Made by a program: the position numbers and the translations under genes
Notes under the pieces: model-generated
Databases searched by the model: none
Seen by the model: the letters and a program-made list of their open reading frames with translations, nothing else
Told to the model about the DNA's origin: nothing
Shown here: positions 37,831 through 51,589 of the stretch, one piece after another
How the letters are laid out: each line of letters begins with the position of its first letter
How positions within the stretch are numbered: the stretch's first letter is position 1
Origin: Rhynchobatus australiae
Taxonomy: Eukaryota
Reading direction: 5' to 3'
Length of the DNA stretch: 64,000 nucleotides
NCBI GenBank assembly: GCA_034780895.1
Contig: JAUZTB010000063.1
Location: forward strand, 36,258,803-36,322,802

Positions 37831-38797
37831 CACTTGTTCCTAGTGACTTCAATTTTACTGGGGATCATTGAAACCATACTGACAAAAATGCTGCTTTAAA
37901 GCATGACCATAATTCTTCAAAAAGATGGAAAAACAAGATACTCCTTCTAAACTACTAGTTATGCCTGCTGAAACACAGAAGGGGCTTGACAATGATGAAA
38001 AGCATGCATCTGACTGCAATAGGTGAATGAGTCCCAATGGTATGGAGTAGAATTACTATAATAGCATAATGGAAAAAAGTGCTTGATTATATTTCACTTT
38101 AAAGATCTAGAATATTAATTTTCTTATTTCAATCTGCTGAAAAGTCTTTGTTTCAAGTATCGGATGTAAATCTGTACTGTCTGATAGCAGCTTCATAAAT
38201 AATTGTGGAAACATATAGATGGTGGAAAATTGTGTCAACCAGACTCCTTGCGTCATTGCAGGAACTGACGCTTCAAATGGGTTGTGAAATGCATTAAGAC
38301 CTCCTTTACTTAGGGTATCAAAACATATTTGATAAATCTCCACACAAAACACAAAATCTGTAGGCAATTGAGATAACACTTGGATATGGATAAGAATATG
38401 GGAAAATGGTAATGGAAAAATGTATTTAATTAAAGGGTTGTGTCCGCAAGAGGTCAAGTTCACCCATGGTCTGGTATTGGCACTACTGCTGCTGTTGCTG
38501 CTACTAATTTACATTGTGACTTGGACTCAGAGGTCCAAAGCCAATGGTTCAAATTCAGGCAGAGTCTAAACCAAAGGTGACAGTGGAGAAAGCATAGAAA
38601 TCACTGGAGAAATATCAAATTAGGCAAAACAATGGAATTTATTGCAGCTAGATGTAATTTTGGAATATTGGGAGGGAAAATGAGCAACAAATGAACAGTG
38701 AATCATACTGAAGTTGCTATGGATTAAGTTGACAAATAGCCATGAATCTTGGATTCTATGATTAGTATGTCCACCGCACACAGAACAGCACTCATTA

Positions 38798-39194
38798 CAG
38801 TCAAACTCTGATAATCTGGGATAAAACCATTTGGAGATCCTGGCAGTTTGGCATCTGACTCACCAGGTGATGTTTGTCCGGTCTTCTTCCATCGTGCAGC
38901 AGCTCCGGTTCCTGCGCTCCCNNNNNNNNNNNNNNNNNNNNNCGTCTGCCCACACTACCATTCAAGTCACAGGGCCTCAGTTTCCCACGCTCTCTTCAAA
39001 CTGACCAGGGTCCTGTTTGCCGTGCTCCCTTTAAACTTGCCGGGTTCACTGGGAAACTATAATACAATGTAGCATCTAAAAACGTGAATTGAAGATGTGT
39101 TAGTGTATAAAAAAAAATAATCTAATAATCCAGAAAACGTGCTTGTCTGATATCACCAAAGTCTTGATTATGCCGGATTATTGGAGTTTTACTA
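38798..39194. mobile_element. Tigger-like MITE; related copies at about 54495-55062 and an end at about 36640-36778
   Basis: TA|CAGTCAAACTCTGATAATCTGG ... CCGGATTATTGGAGTTTTACTA|TA imperfect TIRs. Confidence 0.7.
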
Positions 39195-40226
39195 TATCTC
39201 TCTACATCTGTATATTTCATATGGCAGTCACGACAATCCATAGAAATATTTGATGGTGAGACTTGCAGACTGAACAGAATGGAATCAATGTAAGCGAGTA
39301 ATCTGTGGGAGAAGTGATGAATCAAGGGAGAAAGTACAGATAAGTATTGTCGTAATTTTCATTCACAACTTTTATTAATTTTGTAATTCTATGCATCATA
39401 ATGTGGCCACTGCAAACTTTGCCCATGAAGGCAGAATTTCCTTGGGAATAAAGCATTAATGCTACCACATTCAATAAAGCAATGAAAAAACTCAATCATT
39501 TGCAACATAACCTTATGTTTAGGTTGTTTTAAAACCTTTTGTGTTCTTCTGGCATATTGAGTAAGTACCACTGACAGTTCCCCTACATATATACATATAT
39601 AAATAAAGGTCAAATGATGCCCTGCTGCAGGGAAATATCACTGTTTACCTTTATGGAAGTTGGCATTTTGATGTTTGTACATTACATTAATCTCCCCGCC
39701 CACAGAATGCAAGACTAAAGTTACAATACCAAATGCATATTACAAGGGGGTTCTCATCAAAAGTGTAATCCTCAATGTGTATATATTGTTTACTGGCTGA
39801 CTTTGTGGACCAGAGGTTTCCAGCATTTAGTAAGAGAAAGTTTCTTTTAATGTAATTACTTGATAAGTGAATATTTGAACACACTTTTTTTTATGTAGTT
39901 TGAGTATTAGAATGATTTGGTGGTGGGATTCAAGCTATGAAATCACACATTAAGACATAATTTGCTGATGAAATATTGACATGCTCATTGGCCACTGTTA
40001 TCTACAAATGCTGCAGCAACTTCGAGCAAGAGTACCTAAGAAGCTAAATGAATTTCAGCCTGAGATGTGTCTCCTCACAGATAGCTTTGCAAAAAAGTAA
40101 TTTCACTGCCTCCTGACCATTTTGAAACACATTGAGCAGTGTAGTTGCTATATTTGCATTGCAGACAGGCTAATTTCAGCACACAGTTAAATTTCACCCA
40201 TTTCCCTCAAATACCCTTATAACAAC

Positions 40227-40294
40227 TGTTACGGACTAGGTTACAATTAGTGAGGTTCCTTTAAGATTGTGTGTGTGTGTGTGTGTGTGTGTGT
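40227..40294 (+). mobile_element. 5' end of an LTR with a (GT)n tract, truncated by a gap
   Basis: About 40 nt nearly identical to the sequence from 46228. Confidence 0.7.
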
Positions 40295-41369
40295 NNNNNN
40301 NNNNNNNNNNNNNNNNNNNNNNNNNNNNNNNNNNNNNNNNNNNNNNNNNNNNNNNNNNNNNNNNNNNNNNNNNNNNNNNNNNNNNNNNNNNNNNNNNNNN
40401 NNNNNNNNNNNNNNNNNNNNNNNNNNNNNNNNNNNNNNNNNNNNNNNNNNNNNNNNNNNNNNNNNNNNNNNNNNNNNNNNNNNNNNNNNNNNNNNNNNNN
40501 NNNNNNNNNNNNNNNNNNNNNNNNNNNNNNNNNNNNNNNNNNNNNNNNNNNNNNNNNNNNNNNNNNNNNNNNNNNNNNNNNNNNNNNNNNNNNNNNNNNN
40601 NNNNNNNNNNNNNNNNNNNNNNNNNNNNNNNNNNNNNNNNNNNNNNNNNNNNNNNNNNNNNNNNNNNNNNNNNNNNNNNNNNNNNNNNNNNNNNNNNNNN
40701 NNNNNNNNNNNNNNNNNNNNNNNNNNNNNNNNNNNNNNNNNNNNNNNNNNNNNNNNNNNNNNNNNNNNNNNNNNNNNNNNNNNNNNNNNNNNNNNNNNNN
40801 NNNNNNNNNNNNNNNNNNNNNNNNNNNNNNNNNNNNNNNNNNNNNNNNNNNNNNNNNNNNNNNNNNNNNNNNNNNNNNNNNNNNNNNNNNNNNNNNNNNN
40901 NNNNNNNNNNNNNNNNNNNNNNNNNNNNNNNNNNNNNNNNNNNNNNNNNNNNNNNNNNNNNNNNNNNNNNNNNNNNNNNNNNNNNNNNNNNNNNNNNNNN
41001 NNNNNNNNNNNNNNNNNNNNNNNNNNNNNNNNNNNNNNNNNNNNNCATGTTGTTTGTCTACAAGACAATCCAGATAGTTCTATTTTCCAACTCTTACCAC
41101 ATAGCCCTAGGATATGTGCCTCAAGGAACAACCTAATTTCTTTTCGAGGGCAATGATTAAGTTTGCTTCCTGCACCTTTTCAGATAATGAATCCCAGACT
41201 GTGCGGAAAACTTTGTCCTCATTTCACCCTTGGTGCTTTTGATAGTGTCCACCTTCTACTTAATGACATTTCCACCAAGGACAACAGTTTCTCTTTTTTC
41301 ACTGCCCAGAGCCTTCATAATTTTAAACACCTCTCAACCTCTTATGAACCAAATGGAGATAACCTGACA

Positions 41370-41680
41370 ACTTTGCAGAACACCTCCATTCAGTTTGCAA
41401 GGCTTCCAATTGCCTGTTGTCTTAATTCTCCATCCCATTTCCTCTCTGATCTCTCTGCCTTTGGACCCCTATATTGCTCCAACAATGCGCAATGTAAGTG
41501 TAAGGAACAGCATCTCATCTTCTGTCTATCTACTCTGAAGCCCTCAGGATCTAACAAGTTCAGGTAACCACTCCAGCTGCTTTGCTCTTTGCATTTTCAG
41601 TTCTTGACCTGAAATGTTGACTCTGATTCACTCGCTGTTGTTGCTGCGTAACCTGTTCATTGCTTTCAGCACTTTCTGTT
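41370..41680 (+). mobile_element. Penelope-like 3' fragment
   Basis: LPIACCLNSPSHFLSDLSAFG...CKEQHLIFCLSTLKPSG. Confidence 0.75.
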
Positions 41681-41830
41681 CATGTTTTGTCGCCCAACCT
41701 CCTCTGCTTTAAGAAGGACAATCCCCGATTNNNNNNNNNNNNNNNNNNNNNNNNNNNNNNNNNNNNNNNNNNNNNNNNNNNNNNNNNNNNNNNNNNNNNN
41801 NNNNNNNNNNNNNNNNNNNNNNNNNNNNNN

Positions 41831-42050
41831 CTTTCACAAAACCATGTTGGCTCGGACCTATCTTGCCATTCACCTCTAGATATTCAGTAACCTCATCCTT
41901 GAGGATCGATTCTAATATCTTTCCTACCACTGACGTCAGACTAATGGGTCTGTAATTCCCTTCATGTTGTCTCCCACCTTTCTTGTACAGAGGAACCACG
42001 TTTGCTACCTTCCAGTCCTCTAGAACAATGCCTAAGTCTAGCGATTCCAC
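41831..42050 (-). mobile_element. CR1 RT fragment
   Basis: EDWKVANVVPLYKKGGRQHEGNYRPISLTSVVGKILESI. Confidence 0.9.
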
Positions 42051-42274
42051 TAGAACACAAATATTCTGTCGCAATAAATAATTAAATAGGGTGGCATATT
42101 TTTTTTCTTGTTTCAAATACCCTTGATACCTGTTGAGCAGGGAATCATATTTAGCTCTTCCCTGGTGTAAAGAATAAGCCTGCAATGACAAAAGTAATCC
42201 CAACAGTGAGCAACAGTTACAAGATACAGGAGGAATTCAACCCCCTGATGCAAATAGCTAAGCCACTTCATAAG

Positions 42275-42940
42275 AAGAATGTTGGCCTTCCTTACTAGAG
42301 GGATTGAATTTAAGAGAAGGGAGGTTATACTGCAATTGTACAGGCTGCACCTGGAGTACCGTGTGCAGTTCTGGCCCCCCAACTTGAGAAAAGATATACT
42401 GGCTTTGGAGGTGGTGCAGAGGAGGTTCACTGGGTTGATTCCGGAGATGGAGGGGATTAGCCTGTGAAGAGAGATTGAGTTGCCTGGGACTATACTTGCT
42501 GGATTTCAGAAGAGTGGAAGGGGATCCTATAGAAACATGAAATTACGAAAGAGATAGATAAGGCAGAGGCAGGAAAGTTGTTTCCACTGGCAGATGAGAC
42601 TAGTACTAGGGGACATAGCCCCAAAATTCAGGGGAGTAGATTCAGGGCACAGATGAGGAGAGTAGTGAATCCATGGAATTCTCTGCCCAGGGAAGCAGTG
42701 GAGGCTACCTCATTAAATACAATGATTTCTTTATTAGTCACATGTACATCGAAACACACAGTGAAATACATCTTTTGTGAAGTGTGCTCTGGGACAGCCC
42801 GCAAGTGTCGCCACACTTCTGGCACCAACGTTGCATGCCCACAATTTCCTAACCCATACGTCTATGGAATGTGGGAGGAAACCAGAGCACCCGGAGGAAA
42901 CCCATGCAGACACGGGGAGAATGTACAAACTCCCTACAGT
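42275..42940. mobile_element. CR1 3' fragment (+, to about 42720) followed by a truncated V-SINE A (-)
   Basis: MLAFLTRGIEFKRREVILQLY; SINE tail in reverse at 42725. Confidence 0.85.
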
Positions 42941-45409
42941 CAATAAACTTAAAGAAGAAGTGCATTTTGGATTTTGGAAAATTAACTCACATAATAGAAG
43001 TTATTTGCCACCAAAAATACAGATCAAATAACATTAGCAGAAGCTTAACTGAAAAGTGGATAAACTGGACTTTTGATGTTGTTATTTCTCCCAGGGACAG
43101 TTAAGAAAGAAAGGGGCAAATTTGGTGAAGGAGAGAGTGCATGATGCAAGGAGAACACAAAATAGGTGCAAATAAAGTTAACATGATCACAGACTGGCGA
43201 TAAAACAACCTGTGGAGTTATTGGAATATAAGCTGAAAATGTTGGGGATACTCAGCAGGTCAAGCAGTCTCTCTGGGGAAAGAAACAGAATTATATGTTT
43301 TGACGGCCAAGAAAGTAATGGGGTTCCATTAACTGTTATATTAATATTACAGAGACACAAGAGGCTGCTGATGTTGGAATCTGGAGCAAAGAAGAAACTG
43401 CTGGGGAACTCAATGAGTCAGGCAGCATCTGTGGACACAGAGATAGTCGACATGTTGGGTCTCGACCCTGCATCAGGATAATAATACAGACCTCCTAGCA
43501 CTGAGAGCTAAAAGAAAAGGAAAGTAAACTGATTTCTGAAAATGTTTATCATTTGCAGAGATTTTAATCACCAATTCAGGAATCGGGGCAGGGAGTGAAG
43601 AAGAGAATCCATTCCCTAAAACATTCCTCCTCAAACTGTTCATACTCCTAAAAGGCCAGAGGGTCTGTTAAGCTGGTTACAGGCAATGAAACAGATCAGG
43701 TAAATGAATTAAATCTGGATTGGCATCTTGGGGTTGGTGGCCACAACATGATGCAATTTAAGATCCAAATAAAAAGTGGAACAGTTAAGGACAAACACAA
43801 GTGAATTAGACTGCAGTAGGGTAGAATATAGAAACATGAAGGGGTTAGCCAATGTAAATGGAAAGTGACATTCACAACTGGGATGTGTATAACAATGGAA
43901 TTTTTTAGAAATCATCTTGCAAGGACATGANNNNNNNNNNNNNNNNNNNNNNNNNNNNNNNNNNNNNNNNNNNNNNNNNNNNNNNNNNNNNNNNNNNNNN
44001 NNNNNNNNNNNNNNNNNNNNNNNNNNNNNNNNNNNNNNNNNNNNNNNNNNNNNNNNNNNNNNNNNNNNNNNNNNNNNNNNNNNNNNNNNNNNNNNNNNNN
44101 NNNNNNNNNNNNNNNNNNNNNNNNNNNNNNNNNNNNNNNNNNNNNNNNNNNNNNNNNNNNNNNNNNNNNNNNNNNNNNNNNNNNNNNNNNNNNNNNNNNN
44201 NNNNNNNNNNNNNNNNNNNNNNNNNNNNNNNNNNNNNNNNNNNNNNNNNNNNNNNNNNNNNNNNNNNNNNNNNNNNNNNNTGTCATTTACCTTTATTCTC
44301 CTGTGCCACATACCTTCTCTTTAATCTTTAAGGAGCCAATTCATGCCTTTCCTTTTCCATTCATTATGAGTGTTATTTATAAATTAACTTTTCTGTTCTT
44401 ACTGGACAACTGTATTTACCAACATTCTATATACTATGCACCTATATCCAAGCAGTTACTATTTGATGACAGAAAGTGCAAAAGATGTGATTGATTATAT
44501 TTGCCAGTGAAAATAAGCCACAAACATACACTGACAGATGCTTGGTGCGTCACTACTAATATCCGTTAGAGATCTTAAAGGTCAGCCCTAATTGCATTAG
44601 CCTTACAGAGGTACATTTCAGTCAAAACATGAGTTGATACTACAGTTTTCGTAATGCTAACTGCCATGCCAAGTTACGCAAGCAGGGAGTAGCTCTATGT
44701 CTGAGATGTAAGGTTATACTGGCATCACTATCAGCTTATTAAAGCTTTAGGCTCATTTACAGGGATCAAAATGTCAAACTAATAGAAATATTTCCTCACT
44801 TGTAGAATCAAAAGGTTAAACAATGTCTAATACTTGGATCATTTCTTTTCAAGAGAACGCCAATTTTAAAAAGTTAAATTATTAAATGCACATTCTATTC
44901 AACTTTACCATGACATTTCTTCCTCATGAAGACAGAAATAATGAAGTGAGTATTGAATCATAAGGTGGCTTAACACTCTCAGTTTTTATTTTCCTAATGT
45001 CTTCCTTGCCATTCAAGATGAAAGAGAATGAGATGTTTTAAAACATATCAAACCTAGGTTGTAACTTCGAAGTTTAGTCACAATAACCTGAACAAGAATA
45101 TCATCCATAAAAGCTAACATCAGACTACATAAGGAGAAATTAGGATGTGACCAAAACCTTGGTTAGGGAAATAGAGTTGAAAGAGCATGTTGAAGGGTAG
45201 AGGAGAGAAAGGTTTAGGCAAGAAACTCCAGACTAACACTCCCTCAGATTATTCTCTCTCTTTTTACTCTCTCTCAACGTGCACTAATGTTGTTATGTTT
45301 ATTTTGTGTAAATTATGTATAATTTATGTTAACTTGTGTTTGTCATGTTCGTGATATACCAAGCTGCTGCTGCAAAAAGTTAATTTTCATGGTATTGGTA
45401 CTGGTATCG

Positions 45410-45750
45410 GTATTGGTTTATTATTGTCACTTGTACCGAGGTACAGTGAAAAGCTTGTCTTACAAACTGATCGTCTAGGTCAATTCATTACACAGTGCAG
45501 TTACATTGGGTTAGTACAGAGTGCATTGATGTAGTACAGGTGAAAACAGTAACAGAGTAAAGTGTCACAGCTACAGAGAAAGTGCAGTGCAATAGGTGCA
45601 AGGTCTCAACAAGGTAGATAATGAGGTCAGAGTCCATCTCATTGTATAGGGGAACCATTCAATAGTCTTATCACAGTGAGGTAGAAGCTGTCCTTAAGTC
45701 TGGTGGTGTGTGCCCTCAGGCTCCTGTATCTTCTACCCGATGGAAGAGGA
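45410..45750 (-). mobile_element. Rex1/Babar-clade LINE 3' end
   Basis: Minus strand gives PLPSGRRYRSLRAHTTRLKDSFYLTVIRLLN, then the 3' UTR. Confidence 0.75.
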
Positions 45751-46227
45751 GAGAGTGTGTATGTATGCCTATGACAATAAACTTGAACTTGAACTTGAGC
45801 TTGGTGCAGAGGCAATTGAAGGCCCAGCCACCACTGGTGGCCTGTTGAAATCTGAAGAGTTCAGAGATCTTGTAGCATTGCATGGCTGGGGGTGGTTACA
45901 GAGATGGGAAGGGCAAGGCATTGGAGAAATCTGAGAGCAAATTTCTGTTGTAGAGGGGCAGTTGTGTTGCGCAGTAAGATCCCATTATCTGCAATGAGAT
46001 AAATGAATATGCAGGGAATGGTGGGATATGGACCATGTACAGGTAGGAGGGATCAGTTTAGTTTGGCATTATGTGTGGCACGGGGGGCTGAAGGGCCCGT
46101 TCCTGTGCTGTTCTGTTCTGTGTTCTATGATCTAATAATTTGTTTCATTTGGTTGAAGTGTAATTGTTGAGCAGGAAACTGAAACAACTCCCTTACCTTT
46201 TTCCTCATGAGATCTTTTATGTCCTCC

Positions 46228-46266
46228 TGTTATGGACTAGGTTACAATTAGTGAGGTTCCTTTAAA

Positions 46267-46299
<33 letters not shown>

Positions 46300-46554
46300 C
46301 GTGCTTACGTCAACAGAAGATAAAGAACGTCATGATGTTTTTGTTGAAACAACCAGTCAGAGTCAGTCTGGNNNNNNNNNNNNNNNNNNNNNNNNNNNNN
46401 NNNNNNNNNNNNNNNNNNNNNNNNNNNNNNNNNNNNNNNNNNNNNNNNNNNNNNNNNNNNNNNNNNNNNNNATTATCATAAGTAGTTATTAATAAAGTAG
46501 TTTTTAACACTTATACATGTCTCAGTGTGTTTCTTTTGTTGCTGGTATATAACA
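46228..46554 (+). mobile_element. Solo LTR with 4-bp TSD (CTCC)
   Basis: CTCC|TGTTA...AATAAA...TAACA|CTCC; internal 100-N gap. Confidence 0.8.
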
Positions 46555-46904
46555 CTCCTAATAGGGCAATCTCAGTTTATTTTTGCATTACTCATTCATG
46601 GTGTGTAGGCAGCACTGGGAGTGCCACCATTTATTGTCCATTGTTGATTGCCCTTGAGCCAAGTTACTTGCTGGACTATTTCAGAAGGTTGGTTAAGAAT
46701 CAACATGACTAGTGGATCTGGAGTCACATATACTGCAGAACTAGTAAGAATGGTAGAGTTCCTTCCTCCAAGAACATCGGTGGGAATCTGTTCCTGTTGA
46801 TGAAGAGGTTGAGGACAAGAGGTCACATTAAGTAATTAACGCACAGAAGTACTGAAGGTTTCTACTGAGTGAATCCAGAACTTATTTCTCACATTTTCAA
46901 ACCA

Positions 46905-47215
46905 CACAGAGGGAGGCCATTTGACCCATTGACTCTATGCCAGCTCTCAGAACAATCTCATCAATACCATTCCCCCACTGACTTCCCTGTCAACAATTTT
47001 CTCATACATGCCCATTAACTTGTCCCCGATTTCCTACCACCCACTTACACCAGTAGTAATTTATAGTAACCAATTAATCTTCCAACCAGCATGTCTTTGG
47101 GATGTGGGAGGGAACCGGAGCACCCAGGGAAACCCATGTGGTTGCAGGGAACAGGCAGCACCCAAGGTCAGGATTGAACCATGGATCACTGGAGCTGTAA
47201 GAGACCTGCACTAAC
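46905..47215 (-). mobile_element. V-SINE family B
   Basis: Reverse V-domain GGAGCACCCAGGGAAACCCATGTGG. Confidence 0.75.
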
Positions 47216-47689
47216 TCCTGCACAGATTGCATAAATGGAGGGCTATGTGGCAGGGAAGGGTTAGATAGATGTTAGAGCAGGATAAAATGTTGGCACAACA
47301 TTGTGGGCCAAAGGGCCTGTATTGTGCTGTAATGTTCTATGTTCTATGAGCCAACCAGCTTTTTCCCATCATAGCTTGGAATTATTTCTTGCTGTACTGT
47401 GATCCAATGCATATCCTTAGCCAGAACATTAGCAATTAGATGAATCGACTTATTCCTCTGTCTGTTCTCAAACATTCTGGTCAGAAATTCTTGGCTTTCC
47501 ACTTTTATTAGATGCTCGTTTGCCTTGGAGCAAATATATTTGGCTTGAGCCGGTTACAGGCATTTATTGTTTTATTAATTTTGTTTTCAATAAGAGTGAA
47601 TGACAAGACAGAGATTTTTCACCCTTCCCTATCTGCCCTTGAGAAGATGGCAGTGAACTGCTTAATCTTCACTGCACCAACTCCAATCC

Positions 47690-48290
47690 AGACATTAGTG
47701 GTCATCTTCCAAGATTCTCTGGACCCTGGAGAAGTTCCCACAGATGGCCAATGTAACCCCTCTAAATAAAATTATCCTGAGAAAAAATGAGATCACAGAC
47801 CAGTAAACCTAATGTCTGTGGTGGGATAAATGCTGGAATCTATTATAAAATATGTAATATCAGAACACTTGGTAAGCATCAGCAGGATTGAACAAAAGTT
47901 TGCATGGGTTTCTGAAAGGGAAACCATACTTAGCCAATCTACTGGNNNNNNNNNNNNNNNNNNNNNNNNNNNNNNNNNNNNNNNNNNNNNNNNNNNNNNN
48001 NNNNNNNNNNNNNNNNNNNNNNNNNNNNNNNNNNNNNNNNNNNNNAGCCAATCTACTGGAGTTTTTTTGTGGATTTAACAAGTTGAATAGATAAGGGAGA
48101 ACCATTGAATGTAATGTATTTGGAAGGTTTTTGATAAGGTCCCACATAAGAGGATAGTGTGCAAAATGGGATTCAGGATAATACATTTGGATGGATTGAG
48201 GATTGGTTGACAGACAGAAAATAGAGGAATAAACTGGTGTCTTTGGGGTGGCAGTCAGTGATTAGTGGGAGCAGTAGGGTGCAGGGATCA
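47690..48290 (+). mobile_element. CR1 RT fragment
   Basis: IFQDSLDPGEVPTD and HGFLKGKPYLANLLEFF. Confidence 0.85.
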
Positions 48291-49339
48291 TTGTGTCATG
48301 ATGAGGAAAAATTCTTCTCCCAGCAGGTGGCCAACTTGAGGAATTCTCTGAAACAGAATATGCTTTGTGTATTTTAATAGAAAACACAAGCAAACCAAAA
48401 CTTTCAAGTGCAACACTCTCAGCCTGCATTGCGCCCTCAATCAATATCTGAAATGACATGACTTTGCCCAAGAGGTACCAATACTGACTGCTGTCAGCCC
48501 TCCTGTTGGGAGAATTTCAGTCCGGCTGCCTGACACCCCTATTGATTTGAGCATCCAGTAATTCATATAAAACAACACTTGAAAATGTTTTGAGAAATGT
48601 CAAAGCATTATCCGTACAGCTCATTACACTGAGATGNNNNNNNNNNNNNNNNNNNNNNNNNNNNNNNNNNNNNNNNNNNNNNNNNNNNNNNNNNNNNNNN
48701 NNNNNNNNNNNNNNNNNNNNNNNNNNNNNNNNNNNNNNNNNNNNNNNNNNNNNNNNNNNNNNNNNNNNNNNNNNNNNNNNNNNNNNNNNNNNNNNNNNNN
48801 NNNNNNNNNNNNNNNNNNNNNNNNNNNNNNNNNNNNNNNNNNNNNNNNNNNNNNNNNNNNNNNNNNNNNNNNNNNNNNNNNNNNNNNNNNNNNNNNNNNN
48901 NNNNNNNNNNNNNNNNNNNNNNNNAGCACTAGTTGTCAGAGTATTGGTCAACCTTTGGGTACACTTTGGCTCCTGGCTGCTTAGAGTGGTCTACTCTAGA
49001 GCAGTTCTGAGTTCTCTATTCCTGTTTGAAGATTCAGTTTGTGTTGGGATTCCTCCTCAGATCTCTGAGGCAAGATTCCTTTTAGCTGCTGCTGGTGTTT
49101 GGTCCTGAGGAAGTATCCTGACTCCAGACTCGTACTAGTGCGCTGCATTTGGGTTCTCTGTGGGCTTGCTCTTTGCTCAATGTTGTGACAGGTGGAACAG
49201 AGTCACTGACAGCATTTCAGAAGTGCCCATGTGAGCACAAGGATCACCTAGATGTAGAAGGCTACAAGCCAAATGCTGGAATGTGGGACTAATACAAGTG
49301 GGTGCCCACTGGTCAGCATGCCGAGGTGGGCCGAATGTC

Positions 49340-49740
49340 CTTTGGAAATGAAAAATGCTGGCAGCACTCCACAGTTCAGGCAGCATCTGTGGAATGAGCT
49401 CATGTTTCAGGTTGAAGAGCCATGACCAGAACTGAGAAAAAGACAATAGCTTGTTTTAAGTTAGAGAATAGTTTGGGGATGTTTGGACAGGACGGGGGAA
49501 TATCTGTGATAGGGCAAGACCAGGTCAAATAGATTAAGGGAGGTAATTAGCCGGTGAATCCATGGGACGGACCGACCTCCCTTCCCTCCCCACCACCTCT
49601 GCTAATGAAAACTAACTTGTTTTCTTTCTTTCACTTCCAACACACTAACTCTCTCTTTACACGGATGCTGCCTGACCCGCTGAGTGCTTCCAGCCTCTGT
49701 TTTTACTTCACATTTGCAGCATCTACGGTTATTTTGATTT
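49340..49740. mobile_element. Inverted pair of Penelope-like termini
   Basis: CAGGCAGCATCTGTG ... CACGGATGCTGCCTG inverted arms. Confidence 0.65.
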
Positions 49741-50984
49741 CCCTCCCTGACCGCTGAATGCACCGCCACGATGATAAAAGACACTGATTAACACCCGGTT
49801 TAAAGTCATAGTTATTGGTTCAGCTGCCCAGNNNNNNNNNNNNNNNNNNNNNNNNNNNNNNNNNNNNNNNNNNNNNNNNNNNNNNNNNNNNNNNNNNNNN
49901 NNNNNNNNNNNNNNNNNNNNNNNNNNNNNNNAGGATTCAAAGGCAGAATGACTTGAGTTGTTGGCATGGTGATTTCCATAAAGTCAAGAAAAGGGCATGG
50001 CTGGCACAGAGAGTTGGAGAGAATGACTGGGGTTAAAGAGATAGTCTCCAAGGTAACTAACAGGATTGATAACATGCAGGGAGGGAGTGGCCAGCAGCAG
50101 CAGTTAAGGGAAAATTGTGTACTTTAAGGTGCAGCATTCACTGGACCCATTCGAGTGCAATAGTTTGCAACATTTTATATCACTCTCGGTCATTTCATTC
50201 AGCACGATATCATTTCTAGTGCTTGTGTTCATATTATTTTATTTGTGATATTAGGTCAGGTTTAAGAATTGTTTTGAAAGAGCTCCAAGTTGTGCTGCTC
50301 TGTGAAACTTACCTAATTCTCCCCACTCAACGCAATCAGATCCAGTTCAGGAAGCTAATCAGCTGTAGCAGTGGTGGAGGTACAGGTGGAACTGTACTGG
50401 AGGCACAGGGGAGCAGGACTTGCAATATTCATGAGGGAGGACATAAAGGAAAACAAGTTATGACCTTGCACCTTATTGTCCACCTGCACTGCACTCTGCA
50501 GCTTGACACTTTACTCTGCATTCTGTATTGGTTTAACTTGTGCTACCTCAATGCATTGTGTAATGAATTGATCTGTACAAATGGTATGCAAGACATGTGC
50601 AAGGAACAATAATAAACCAATTCCAATAACAAACCAGTTCCACTGAGGCCACACTTAAAGAGGATATTCCAAGGGGAGAGTCCAGCAAGACCATATGGTA
50701 GAACACAGAAATAAAAGAGTGGATCTCTTTGATGGGGTACCCATCACAAGAGCACCCCCCCCCTCCAATTTTCAGCAGGAATTAGAAGAGTTGATATGTG
50801 TCATTATCACTGATAGGTGTAGGAATAGTTGTGGTGTAATAGCAGGTGATTTTAACTTTCCATATATTGACTGTGGCTGCACATCAGTTTGAGATTCTGT
50901 CACCTGGAGCAAAGAAAATCTGCTGGAAGAAATCAGTGGGTCAAGCAGCATCTGAGAGAGCAATGGAATTCCTGATGTTTCATG

Positions 50985-51540
50985 GAACATAGAACACTAT
51001 AGTACAGCCCTTCAGACCACAATGTTGTGCCAACATTTTATCCAGCTCTATCAAACCCTTCCCTCCCACATAGCTACATGAATAATAGAGAAACTAGAGG
51101 GCGATTTGTAATCTCTTAAATGTCCCTAATGTATCTGCCCCACAACCTCAGCTGACAGTGTGTTCCAAGCACCCATGACTCTTAAAAAACTTACCCCTGA
51201 CATTCCCCTTCTATCTTCCTCCAATCACCTTAAAGTTATGTTCCCTTGTGTTAGCCATTGTCACCCTGGGAAAATATCTGACTGTTCACTATTTATGCCA
51301 CAGATCATCTTGTAGACCTCTACCAAGTCACCACTCATCCTCCTCTCCAAAAGAGAAAAGCCCCAGCTCACTCAACCTATCCTCATAAGACATGCTCTCC
51401 AATCCAGGCAGCATCCTGGGAAATCTCCTCTACACCCTTTCTAAAGCTTCCACATCCTTCCTATAATGAGACGACCAGAACTGAACACAATACTGCAAGT
51501 GCGGTCTGACCAGAGTCCTATAGAGCTGCAACATTAATTC
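50985..51540 (-). mobile_element. CR1 3' fragment
   Basis: Minus strand gives MLQLYRTLVRPHLQYCVQFWSSHYRKDVEALERV. Confidence 0.88.
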
Positions 51541-51589
51541 CCAGGTCAACTCTGCCCTGTATGGGTTAGTGTGATAACACAGTGGTGTG

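Noticed and set aside
40236-41156. Long ORFs of 200-295 aa here and at 21899, 43709, 55309 and 58498
   Set aside because: Composed almost entirely of N-gap codons.
47932-48059. Direct repeat AGCCAATCTACTGG on both sides of a 100-N gap
   Set aside because: Same artefact; the CR1 frame LANLLEFF continues once the gap is collapsed.
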